Assembly (NCBI GenBank): GCA_951406725.2
Contig: OX597823.1
Coordinates: 12,524,001 to 12,588,000, forward strand
Length of the DNA: 64,000 bases
Direction: 5' to 3'
Source of the DNA: Octopus vulgaris
Lineage: Eukaryota
Shown piece by piece: positions 52,732 through 64,000 of this stretch. Numbering within the stretch: position 1 is the stretch's first letter; each line of letters starts with the position of its first letter. The position numbers and the translations under genes were made by a program. The notes under the pieces are model-generated. The model made no database searches. It saw only the letters and a program-made list of their open reading frames with translations, and was not told the DNA's origin.

Positions 52732-53264
52732 AAAGTTAAAGAAGTGATTTTAAATTCTTAAACGCAGGATAAAGCTAATGATATAGCCTTAACAGGATAA
52801 ACTATCCGTATTTTGCAGAAAAAAGTGTTCGCGGCCAGCTGTGAGACTCGAACTCACACCTCCGTGATTACACGTCGTGGTGCTCTGAACCAATTAAGCC
52901 AAACCGCCCACACCACAAATTCTTCCCCAAATTTAAGAAATATAGAAACCTCCAAGACATCTCAACGTTTCTAAAGCAAACATCGTTTGTTTGTTCTTTT
53001 ACGTTCATCGTTATTTGAATTTAACGAATGATAGTGTCTCATAAAGCGAGATTTCTATATTTCTTAAATTTGTGGAAGAATTTGTGTTGTGGGCGGTTTA
53101 TCTTAATTGGTTCAGAGCACCGCGACGTGTAATCACGGAGCTGAGTTTGAGTCTCATAGCCGGCTGCCAACACTTTTTCTGCAAAATAGAGGTAGCTTAT
53201 CCTGTTCAGACTTTATTATTAGCATTATCCTGCGTTTGAGAATATAAAATCACTTCTTTAACTT
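52732..53264. mobile_element. Fold-back/MITE-like element with tRNA-like sequence in both arms
   Basis: 52732-52952 and 53048-53264 are diverged inverted arms. Each contains GGGCGGTTT..CTTAATTGGTTCAGAGCACC..GACGTGTAATCACGG...GAGTT.GAGTCTCA. Confidence 0.75.
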
Positions 53265-53299
53265 AATTATAATATTGATAGTAGTAATCTTTTATAATA

Positions 53300-53688
53300 A
53301 TAATCCTTTCTACTATAGGCAGAAGGCCTGAAATTTTACGGAAGGGGTCTTGCCGATTAGATCGACCCAGTACGTAACTGGTGCTTAATTTATCGACCCC
53401 GAAAGAATGACTGGCTATGTAGACCTCTGTGGAATTTGAACTCAGGACATAAAGACAGACAAAATACCTATTTCTTTACTACCCACAAGGGGCTAAACAC
53501 AAAGAGGACAAACGGATTAAGTCGATTATATCGACCCCAGTGCGTAGCTGCTACTTATTTAATCGACCTCGAAAGGATGAAAGGCAAAGTCGACCTCGGC
53601 GGAATTTGAACTCAGAACGTAGCGGCAGACGAAATACCGCTAAGCATTTCGCCTGGCGTGCTAACGTTTCGGCCAGCTCGCTGCCTTA
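53300..53688 (-). mobile_element. SINE family C, dimeric
   Basis: Homology to 52258 and 59945. Confidence 0.85.
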
Positions 53689-53689
53689 C

Positions 53690-54157
53690 TCATGAGCACA
53701 TTGCCATGAAATTTCCAAAAGAAACGAAAAAATGCTATTCCTCCGTCTCAGACTAGTCAACAGAAGAGGGTCAATCATTCTACAAGACAATGCTCGAGCA
53801 CACGTTTCACTCATATCGCTCCAGAATTTGAAGGAACTTGTCCACGAAGTTCTTCCCTACCCAGCTTATTCCACAGACCTTTCTGCTATCTACTGCCACT
53901 TTCTCAAGCATTTTGATAGTTTGTGGCGAGAGAACGAGTTAAAAAAGTCAAACCGATACTGAAAGTGCGTTCAAAGATTTCATCAGCTCCAGAACTCCAG
54001 ATTTCTAAGTTACAGGAATAAACGAACTCGTAGCTAGTTGTCAAAAGTGTCTTGATTGTAATGGTACTCACTTTGATGAATAAAATTACCGCATTGGTGA
54101 AATACATTGTGATGAATTAAATGTTTCAAAATGTTGCTTAATTTTTACTCAGCCTGA
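53690..54157 (+). mobile_element. Mariner transposase 3' fragment
   Basis: LVNRRGSIILQDNARAH...EVLPYPAYSTDLS (the HDNARPH and YSPDLAP motifs). Confidence 0.8.
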
Positions 54158-54284
54158 TAGGATGTGGCGTTTTGCACGAAAAGTTAATATCTATTTCATC
54201 GTAACCTCACGAAAATACTTTTAACATTTTAGTAAAGTTGCACTAACTACTTCTTCCCTTCTGCCTTCCTCTCTCTATTTTTTA

Positions 54285-54501
<217 letters not shown>

Positions 54502-55775
54502 GCTGTCAACACTCGTTAAAAGGAGGGCTGGGCATGCCATGGTTGATGATGCGCAGACACGCGCTGAGACTGCGACATCTCTGGCTCTATGTAGACGACG
54601 GTGAACAGGTGTGGTCGCCGTTTGTGAGGCACGCTTTCCCGCAGCTCGTCTCCATGACCGAACTGCAGTCGTGGATCAAAAAGAGGCCGAGGAAGGGCGA
54701 ATGGCACCGCGAGTGTCGCGTTGCCCTCAAGCAACTCTGCCGTCCTGGGTCGACCTTGAGTGACTTCAACACAACCAAAGCATTCTATAGGGGTTTAGTG
54801 GAGGGGAGGTACGACGACGAGCTCGGGGCGAACCTGGACGTCGACGAGGAGTACCTGACCCGCCTGTTCAGGAGGACTTTCGGGCCAGGGCCCATGGACA
54901 ACTTCCAGAGATCCCTGGCCTGGCAGTGCTACCGAGAAGCGCTACCCGTTCGGGATAAGCTCTACAGACACGGCTCGAGAAACACGGGGCCGACCTGCCC
55001 GAGATGCGGTCAGAGCGACGAAACCGTTCTGCACGCACTCGTGCAGTGTCCAACATTTTCCGACCTGTGGGCTTATGTCGAACAACTGCTGTCACGTGTG
55101 GGACGAGTCGGTTTATCAGCTATCGTCAATATTGTCACGCCTCCTTCCTTCAAACGGGAAGGAAGAGCTATTTTCATCATCCTTGTGGCTATGGCGAAAG
55201 AATGTATCTGGTGGACGCGTCTGAAAGGATTGGAGACAAACACTTTCCTCTCTGGTCAGTCTCTCATCAACTTCTTCAAGTACCACTTGAAAAGGAAAGT
55301 GAGAGTAGAGAGGCAAGTTTTGTCTAGCGAATGTTTTAAAAAAAGATGGGTGAATGTAGCAAGAATGGCACGTATGAATGACGAAGCCACCTTGAGCATG
55401 ATCCTATGAACCCAGAAATTGAAAACAGAGAGTTGCTTATTCGCAAAAAAAAAAAAAAGAAATATAACATGTGACTCCATTGACCGAGGTTACCGTGGTC
55501 TTTTCCGTAGGCTTTTCTTTCCACGGGTAAACCTCACCTGTCCTCCCTTTACACTTCATATTGACATTTCTGTGATAACGATCCCTATTGATCAAATTTT
55601 TTTTCCTCTCCCTTTTTTTTTAACCCATCTTTTTTTGTCCTCTTTCTCTCCTTTTACGATCCCTTTTGATTGATACTCCCCCTTCCTTTTTTTTTTTTTA
55701 AACCTTCAAAAGAAAAGCTCTACCTTGTAATTTGTTCTATCTGTGTGCAGCCCTGTGTGGCTAATAAAGAAACAT
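54502..55775 (+). mobile_element. L1/Tx1-clade LINE, 5'-truncated; ORF2 C-terminus open to 55409
   Basis: KGGLGMP, LAWQCYREALPVRDKL, CPRCGQSDETVLHALVQC (zf-RVT), AKECIW..R. Pyrimidine-rich 3' UTR ending AATAAAGAAAC. Confidence 0.92.
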
Positions 55776-57110
55776 ATCTATCTATCTATCTATCTATCAA
55801 TAGGTTATGCCTTTGTCAACATAAATACATTTGCATTCTTACTCTTTCCGTTGTCAGATATACTTCTTTATCACTCTGTCAAATTGAAAACTTTTGGTTA
55901 ACCGAAGTTAAAGTTAAAACACTTACCCAATGTGAGAACCCGGTGACAGGATTGCAACCAACATTGCGTAGTTGCATGAGAAATTCTCAACCATAGAATT
56001 ATGCTTTTAATCTTTTGTCAGAATCTGTTGAACGTAGCACAAAATATCTTGATTTTTTTTGCTGAGGTCTTTGTGCATTTGATCGTTTTGGAGGTAGTAG
56101 ACAATTATTGTAGTCGATGTAATCAACTATAGCCTCACCCAAATATGAGGACTTTTGTTGTGTCAGGAATCCTTATTAACTTTATTGTAACACTAAAATC
56201 TTCCTTTTAATATTTTGCTACTTCCTGTTAATAACATCATACGCACTCGTTTACCTATAGTTATTCCTTTACATAAAAGTCATTCTGTGACAAGGTATGA
56301 AGAAAGGGTTGCTGAGGTCAACTGTCTAATTCACGGACATGCCCTCTAGAATTATCCGAACTTTCTTTGGGTTATAGAAGTGATGTACGACTTCCCCATA
56401 GATTGTAATTCCCTTTCAAAAAATAAAAAAAAACTGCTTTGGACTAGGACGGATATCAATTTAGCTGCGAAAACTTTGCATACAACGAGCGCTCGGCGAC
56501 ACCGTTATGATGTACGGAATCGTGAGATGCTGATAGAACGGGACAAGTTGAAAGTATTTGATCACATTTTGCTTTCCTTGGATCACCGTGTTTGCACCCA
56601 GATTTTGTGCAAACTGCGAAATTTGTGATCGTTGTCGGACGTTTCACACTTCTTTTCCTGAGAAGACAGCTCTGCAGTTTTGGTGACATACTTGTATCCT
56701 CCGTCAAAATCGTAACTGGTTGAGGATTTCCGCATCGGATATCTGTGATCGCCCGAAGTGATTTGCTTCTGTTTCTTCAGACTATGGATTCGCTCGTTGG
56801 TTGTCTTTTCAAGTTATCCTGGCTGGACGCCGGCAAAGACTGTAATATGGAGAGCTCGAAGGAAGGTACCCTATGCGAGTTAATAAAAAACACTGATCGA
56901 AGACAAGCTCATATTTGCTTTTATCATATATACAAATATCTCTTTATGTATGCATGTATTTATGTATGTACATATGTATGAGTGTGTGTGCGTATGCGTG
57001 AGAGAGAGAGAGAGAAAGAGGGAGTGAGAGAGAGAGAGAGAGAGAGAATTGGGTAGATAGATAGGTTTTATTGAAGAAGACTTTTATATATATCCAAACG
57101 TTTGTGTGAG

Positions 57111-57199
<89 letters not shown>

Positions 57200-57289
57200 G
57201 GAGTAAACACATAAATGTGAAACAAGGTGGAAAAAACAGTTCTCAAATACCAGTGGTAGAGTAATATGCTTTATTTAAAGCAGCAGAAA

Positions 57290-57327
57290 CTGTCCGACGA
57301 ACGGCAACGGGAAACTCAGAGTAACAG
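57290..57327 (+). ncRNA. Degenerate minimal hammerhead inside a small fold-back
   Basis: CUGU-C[C]GACGA-ACG(GCAA)CGG-GAAA-CUCAGAG-UA-ACAG, bracketed by the inverted repeat CTTTATTTAAAGCAGCAGAAA / TTTCTGCTGCTTTAAATAAAG. Confidence 0.65.
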
Positions 57328-57359
57328 GTTTTGTTGAATTTTCTGCTGCTTTAAATAAA

Positions 57360-57404
<45 letters not shown>

Positions 57405-57424
57405 AGTGATATAATAGAGAGAAT

Positions 57425-57476
<52 letters not shown>

Positions 57477-58869
57477 CAGTTAGGTGTTATTGAAGAAAAC
57501 TTTTATATGTAACCAAACGTTAGTAGTTGCATGCCCGATTAAAGTGTGAGTAAGTTTATGAAATATATATTTGACAGTTTTTGCATATCTTGGCCGGGAA
57601 CTTATTCCTTCAACTGCGATTATCCACATGAATTCAAGGTTAGTTTATTTTATATAATTATTTTTTTCGTTCGAATGTATTTTGAAAACCCACTCTTGTG
57701 TTGGTTTTTCTATCAGGATCTGTGTTTTCAGCAACAAAAACTAAATGAATACATAAGAATAATAATGACAATAATATTTTTTCGCAGCAATGTTAAAAAT
57801 ATTGTAATTTACAAAACTTGGCAGCTCCTGTCAACATAATTTTGCAGTTGAATTTCTTCTTTCTTAAAAATATGTTTAAGTCATATATTAATAAAAAACA
57901 AAACGAAGACTTACATTATTTATGAATATGCTTTCGTGTCGTAAAACTGTGATAGAGTTAATTACTTGACATTTCCTGATCAAAAGTAGCTTTGTGGACG
58001 TTAATACTTTTGGTTTGATAGGAAAAACAAATTTCGCACATAGCATCGTGGTATAGCTCAAATACATTACTAAAGCCAACGAAATTCCATATCGTAAAAC
58101 TATTGTGTTCTACCGATTTGCCAGAAAGCAATAGATAAACGGAAAAATAATCAGACACAAGTCAGCAATTTGGTCAGTGACACAACTCAGTTGCATAAAT
58201 TTGTTATTTCACGACGTGGACACAACTGTTATTTGAGAAGATTAGAATTTATTAAGTTCGAATATAGTATGAACAGAATTTGCAGATAATTCCTGAAATT
58301 AGTCTCGGCAGAAATACTTATGCAGTGATATACGTGTAATCTAAGTTATAGAATTATATTAGAAGCTTAAAATTATGAAGTTACGTTGAATCAACGTTAT
58401 AAAACTATATTATTCCCAGCTATCTTTGAAAAGCATTGAAGGACTGAAAGTATTTGAAAACACATTATGTTATTATTAAAAGCAGCGCATGTAGAAACTG
58501 ATGAGGATTTCGCCAGATGCGTTTTTTTATAAGGTTACTTCTTTCTATCTTCTGGTTTGAAGCATCGCCTGAATTGAGTTAGCGTGTCATGCGAGTTCAA
58601 TAAAGTGAATATAAACGAAGTGTTGGGTTTGAAAGAGTCACGTTCTACTGCTTAGCCAGCTAATCTACTGTTACATTGTCCAGCATGGAAAAATCAGATT
58701 GCTGTGAATGCTCACGTACATCAATGCACTGAGCGGGTGCCAGTTGCAGAGCTGTATTTACAGTAAGCAGCTGTTGCTTCCGACAAACAGATGAGGCAAG
58801 CAATATAATTTAGTAGGTATCCTGATCAATTTACATTATTTTAAAATTTTCGAATGTGTCGACCAACAA

Positions 58870-59600
58870 TATTCGGTGGTTATCTCTGTAGGGGGTTAGT
58901 TGGCGGAGCGCAGAGCGACGACGTCCTCAAGGAAACTCTAGGTATCGATAAAAATCAATTGTCTGGTCTTTTTCGGGGGAGTTTTGGACCATATTCCATG
59001 GACAATGTCCAGAAATCATTGACCTGACAGCGTTTCCGGGGAGCATTGTCAGTTCCGAGTATACCAGATATGGTAGTGTAGTCAGTCACGCCAACCTGAG
59101 ATGCGCACAGAGTGCCGGAACCGTCCTGCATGCACTCGTACAGAGCCCAAAAACTGCTGACTTTTAGTATTATGTCGAACAGCAGTTATCCCCTGTGGGA
59201 CGGAGCCAGCTATCAGCAGACTGTAGCTTAAAGATCGCCCCGCAGCCTTTCTTTGCTCGAGAAGGGCAGATAGATTGTCTCTGCTTATGGATATGACAAA
59301 AGAAATTGTGTAATGGGTGAGATTGGAAGATCTGAACACAAATATATTTCTTTATAGACGAGCCTCATCGACTTTTTAAGTTTACTTTAGAAAAGGTGAG
59401 AGTGGAGAGCGAATTTCTGGCTCCCAAAAAAGTTCTGGAAAGGTAGGTGAATGTGGAGAGTATGCCCCGAGTGAATGCCTCTACTTACTCGAAGCGTGTA
59501 CTTGTGGGTCAGAAATTACAGATGAGGAAGGTGCATTTGATAAAGTGGTCTTAGTGATCAGGGTGTCTCGTAGTCTCTAAGTTCCCTCGATCGTCTCTGG
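58870..59600 (+). mobile_element. Older, degenerate relative of the Tx1-like LINE
   Basis: Collinear similarity to 54780-55400 (RGLV, MDNVQKSLT, TVLHALVQ, KVRVE). Confidence 0.7.
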
Positions 59601-59630
59601 GTGGTATTTTTCTGTCTAATAGTAAATTTC

Positions 59631-59748
<118 letters not shown>

Positions 59749-59944
59749 TTGTTATTATTATTATTATCATTATTATTATTATTATTATTGCTATTACCTA
59801 CTTGTTATTGTTTTTATTGTTTTCAAGGGCTAATGTAGATCCCTTGTATCCTATGTCTTTATATTGTTCTATATGATGATTACGGTCATTGTGTAATAAA
59901 TAATGCATTATTGCCATTATTATTATTACTATTATTACTATTAA

Positions 59945-60345
59945 GGCGGCGAGATGGCAGAAACGTTAGCACACCGGGTGAAATGCTTAGCGGTATTTCG
60001 TCTGCCGCTACGTTCTGAGTTCAAATTCCGCCGAGGTCGACTTTGCCTTTCATCCCTTCGGAGATCGATTAAATAAGTACCAGTTACGCACTGGAGTCGA
60101 TATAGTCGACTCAATCCGTTTGTCTGTCCTTGTTTGTACTCTCTGTGTTTAGCCCCTTGTGGGTAGTGAAGAAATAGGTATTTCGTCTGCCGCTACGTTC
60201 TGAGTTGAAATTCTTCCGAGGTCGACTTTGCCTTGAATCCTTTCGAGGTCGATAAATTAAGTACCAGTCGAGAACTGGGGTCGATGTAATCGGCAAGACC
60301 TCTTCCGTAAAATTCCAGGCCTTCTGCCTATAGTAGAAAGGATTA
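59945..60345 (+). mobile_element. SINE family C, dimeric
   Basis: Reverse complement of 53300-53688. Confidence 0.85.
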
Positions 60346-60433
60346 TTATTATAAAGGATTACTAGTATTAATATTATTATTAAGTTAAAGAAGTGATTTT
60401 ATATTCCCAAACGCAGGATAATGCTAATAATAG

Positions 60434-60968
60434 GCTGGTGGGGGTGCTTGCCCCTTTTGCAAATATAAGGACATAGGAAATGTGTCAACGCCGACAGGAA
60501 GCGTCGATGCTTCCTAGGGCTTTATAGCGGGACTGTCACGTTATGTTGACTTTATACAACCACTCTATCGCTCCACCACTGCTCATGTCTCTTTGAGACA
60601 TTTAGAAATTCATTATTTCTAATTACGGTGACCAGTGAATAAATTTCACTGTAATAGATATATTTGCAAGGGCTTGGTAAGTATCACCGCTAGCGGGGAC
60701 ACACTACCCTGAACTGATGACGGGCAATACCAAGAAACATGCATGTATTCAGGTTGCAAGTCCTAGCTGGTGGGGTTGCTTGCCCCCCTTTGCAAATATA
60801 AGGACATGGGAAATGTGTCAAAGCCGACAGGAAGCGTCGATGCTTCCTAGGGCTATATGGCGGTGGTGTAATTCCCTCTACGGGAGTGTCACGTTATGTT
60901 GACTTTATGCAACCACTCTATCGCTCCACCACCGATCATGTCTCGTTGAGACATTTAGAAATTCAATA

Positions 60969-60975
<7 letters not shown>
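60434..60975 (+). mobile_element. 332-nt monomer repeated ~1.6 times, with a hammerhead (retrozyme/pLTR-like)
   Basis: GCTGGTGGGG...TTTCTAAT unit starts at 60434 and at 60766. Confidence 0.8.
60708..60753 (+). ncRNA. Type I hammerhead ribozyme
   Basis: CCUGAA-CUGAUGA-CGG(GCAAUA)CCAA-GAAA-CAUGCAUG-UA-UUCAGG. 6-bp stem I, palindromic stem III, weak stem II. Confidence 0.8.
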
Positions 60976-61035
<60 letters not shown>

Positions 61036-62699
61036 ACAAAAGGGGACAAGGACGCAAACTACACAAAGAGACGACACAAAAAAACAGACAGGTCATTCGA
61101 AGCCTCTAATCTTCAGTCAGGAACCGGATCATCTTAGCAATTTCGGCTGATTAATCCTGATATTGCTCCGATCCGGTCAGCTCCAAGGAAAAACTAAGCT
61201 CCGAGCATTAGATTTCTTGGAAAAAGGATCGAATGTATAGGAAACAAGGACAGAAAACCGGACGATGCCACGCCAATATAAATACAAGAAACAAAAAATA
61301 AAAATGAAAATAAAAAACAAGAATAGTAATAACAGGACAGCGGAAGCCTTACGACTTCAGACAATTTAACTTATCTTGGCTGGCGTATTTTGAAAAAATG
61401 CCTTTGCGGCAGACAGAGAAAACAGTGTTAATATATATATATATATATATAAAACATATCATATCAAACTGAGAAAGAAAGCCTAGGATACTTGTGGTGT
61501 TTATGAATCTAATTTCTTCGTATCATAGACTGTTTGTTCTACGACTTCATCGTTAAGCATTTTTTTACTCTTTTCCTTGCATGTAGTTTTGTGACTTTGA
61601 ATTAGTAACCAATAAAGTCTTGAAAAGAACAACAAAAGAAACAAGGAACGTCTTCAGAAACGACAGAAAGAATGTAAGCGTCAAAGGGGATATACGCCTT
61701 TAACCAGACAAAAATAGAATGTAAATTGAACTGTAGCTTTGTACATAGCGTAACTTCAAACAACATAGCATACTGAGATGCCAACAAATGAATTGAAACT
61801 GCGTGCAACAAATTAGAAAAATATACGTTGAAAGCTATAGTTAGCAGTTTTGGAAAACGATATAAACAGAATCATCGAAAGTCTACGATCAAAAGTGATA
61901 GACGCAAACAACGTCACGCTAAAACGTGGAAAAGAGGAAATCAAGAAGCAGAACATACGCTCAACTAAAAAACAAAAGTTGTGTAGAAAATTTATGAATG
62001 CGAACGTTTGAAAATATGAAGAAACTGAACTGAGTATTATGTAAGTATTTATTAGAAATGAATTTCATTTCAAAGGACCAGTTTTCGAAATTAGAATTAA
62101 TTTCTCGAGGTGCTTCGAAAATTTAATAAAAAAGGCCGAGAAAATTCTCCTCACGAAACTAGCCTTGAACCATGTACGAGAGTGACGCAACACTGCTAGC
62201 AAATTAGAGAACCATATACAAGAAAAAAAGTTTCCTGTGAACAAGTTGATAAGTGTAGTGAACATTGTTCACATTTACTCTTTTCTCTCTTGATTAGTGT
62301 AGCGAGTTAAGAACGCGACAAGAGAGAATACTTACCACAGAAAAACAATCAATAATTATGGGGAAAAAATTAATGCATTGCTTTAGAGGACATAAATTCG
62401 TTGCCACCACTGAGGTATGTTCCATGACGTAACTTTGTTAAAACCCTTGACACTAAACTGCCATAAATTCAAAACTACAACTTGATTACCTTAATAGAAA
62501 ATATCTTCAGCTAGTGCAATATATTCTATCTTTGAACATGCGTAAAACGCATAATGAAATTATAGAATAATTTATGGATGAGGAAATGCCGTTAGATTTG
62601 AAACTGCTGGGAAAACATCTCGGAGTATTTTTGTTATATATTCTATTTTGAAATGATGATGATGATAATAATAATAATAATAATAATAATGAAGATAAT

Positions 62700-62764
<65 letters not shown>

Positions 62765-62765
62765 T

Positions 62766-62809
<44 letters not shown>

Positions 62810-62811
62810 TG

Positions 62812-62879
<68 letters not shown>

Positions 62880-64000
62880 GACTATATATACAACGTATAG
62901 AAGGTGGTAGAGGCCTTATACAGCTGGAAAACTACTATAAAATAACCACCATAGGACTGCAAAAATACCTACTTCAGAAGGAAGGAAAACTGATCCAGAT
63001 AGCAGCAAAACACGAGCAAAACAAAAAACTGTTCTCAGTATTTAAGGAATGACAAATACAAACAAGAAATCATACCACCTAATAAACACAAAGAAGAAGA
63101 AGAAGATGATGAAGAAACAACAAAAGCTATAAAACAAATGAAATCCAAACTAAAAATAGAACAGCAACGAGCCATGATAAAATGATGGCAAGAAAAGTCC
63201 CTTCATGGTAAATACTGCACTAAACTAAACGCAAAAGAAATAGACAAAGAAAAATCCCAGCAATGGTTGAGAAGCTCAGGACTCAAAGCAGAGACAGAGG
63301 GATTTTTAATTGCAGCACAAGACCAAAGCCTCCCCACCAGAAATTACCAAAAACATGTAATGAAAAGAAATATAACAAGTAACTGCAGAATATGTGGAGA
63401 TGGACAAGAAACAATAAATCATATCATCTCTGGCTGCCCAGTCCTGGCAAAGAAGGAATATATTCACAGACATGACAGAGATGGAACCTACTTACATTGA
63501 AAGCCATGCCAACATTATGGAATAACAACAGAAAAAAGATGGTATAGGCACACACCAGAAAAGGTCGCAGAAAACGAGAAAGCAACCATACTCTGGGATA
63601 TGCCGATACACACAGATAGAGAAATTAAGGCCAACAGACCAGATATAGTTGTCAGAGATCATGAAGAAAAAAATGCTTTCTAATTGATGTGTCAATACCG
63701 ACAGATGACAACGTGTCTCTAAAAGAAATGGAGAAACTCTCAAAATACAAAGACCTGGAAATAGAGGTAACTAGAATGTGGAACCTGAAAACAGAAACAA
63801 TTCCTATCATAGTAGGTGCATTAGGCATGATAAAAAAATATTCAGACAAATACATAACAAAAACACCAGGACTTACAAACACATATAACATACAGAAAAT
63901 TGCACTACTAGGCACTGCACACATCCTACGCAGAACACTTTCCATACAATAACCATCAGAGCATCACAACAAATCACAGCACATACCCAAGGCACACAGA
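62880..64000 (+). mobile_element. R4/Dong-clade LINE, 5'-truncated at (TAA)n, runs off the window
   Basis: RLYIQRIEGGRGL, ETEGFLIAAQDQSL, CRICGDGQETINHIISGC (CCHC), RHD and the RLE domain. A few stops and frameshifts; preceded by (AAT)n at 62652-62878. Confidence 0.92.

Noticed and set aside
52832-52910. Possible real tRNA-Thr(TGT) gene
   Set aside because: Acceptor and anticodon stems pair poorly, the two arms differ, and it is embedded in a fold-back repeat; treated as tRNA-derived.
54534-55409. 291-aa ORF as a host gene
   Set aside because: It is the C-terminal part of a 5'-truncated LINE ORF2 with a stop-containing twin at 32905.
61600-62330. Possible Penelope N-terminal ORF remnant
   Set aside because: The similarity is too faint to support without a profile search.

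Overview
AT-rich, microsatellite-saturated animal genomic DNA. The repeat repertoire suggests an octopus or other coleoid cephalopod (inference). No intact host gene is certain; the window is mostly a transposon graveyard. It holds several modular tRNA-derived SINE families and 3' ends of CR1, RTE, R4/Dong and L1/Tx1 LINEs. It also holds three degenerate Penelope-like RT elements, mariner and Chapaev3-type DNA transposons, and two short Helitrons. The most striking signal is about 14 type I hammerhead-ribozyme motifs, found by eye, in about ten unrelated short repeat families. Several sit in ~330-355-nt partial tandem or inverted repeats (Penelope pseudo-LTR or retrozyme-like), and one family joins a tRNA-like Pol III head to a hammerhead tail. 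There is also evidence for a (TATC)n-targeting Tx1 LINE and weak evidence for a small spliced secreted-protein gene on the minus strand. Almost all listed ORFs are microsatellite or transposon artefacts. All coordinates were read by hand, so element ends are approximate.
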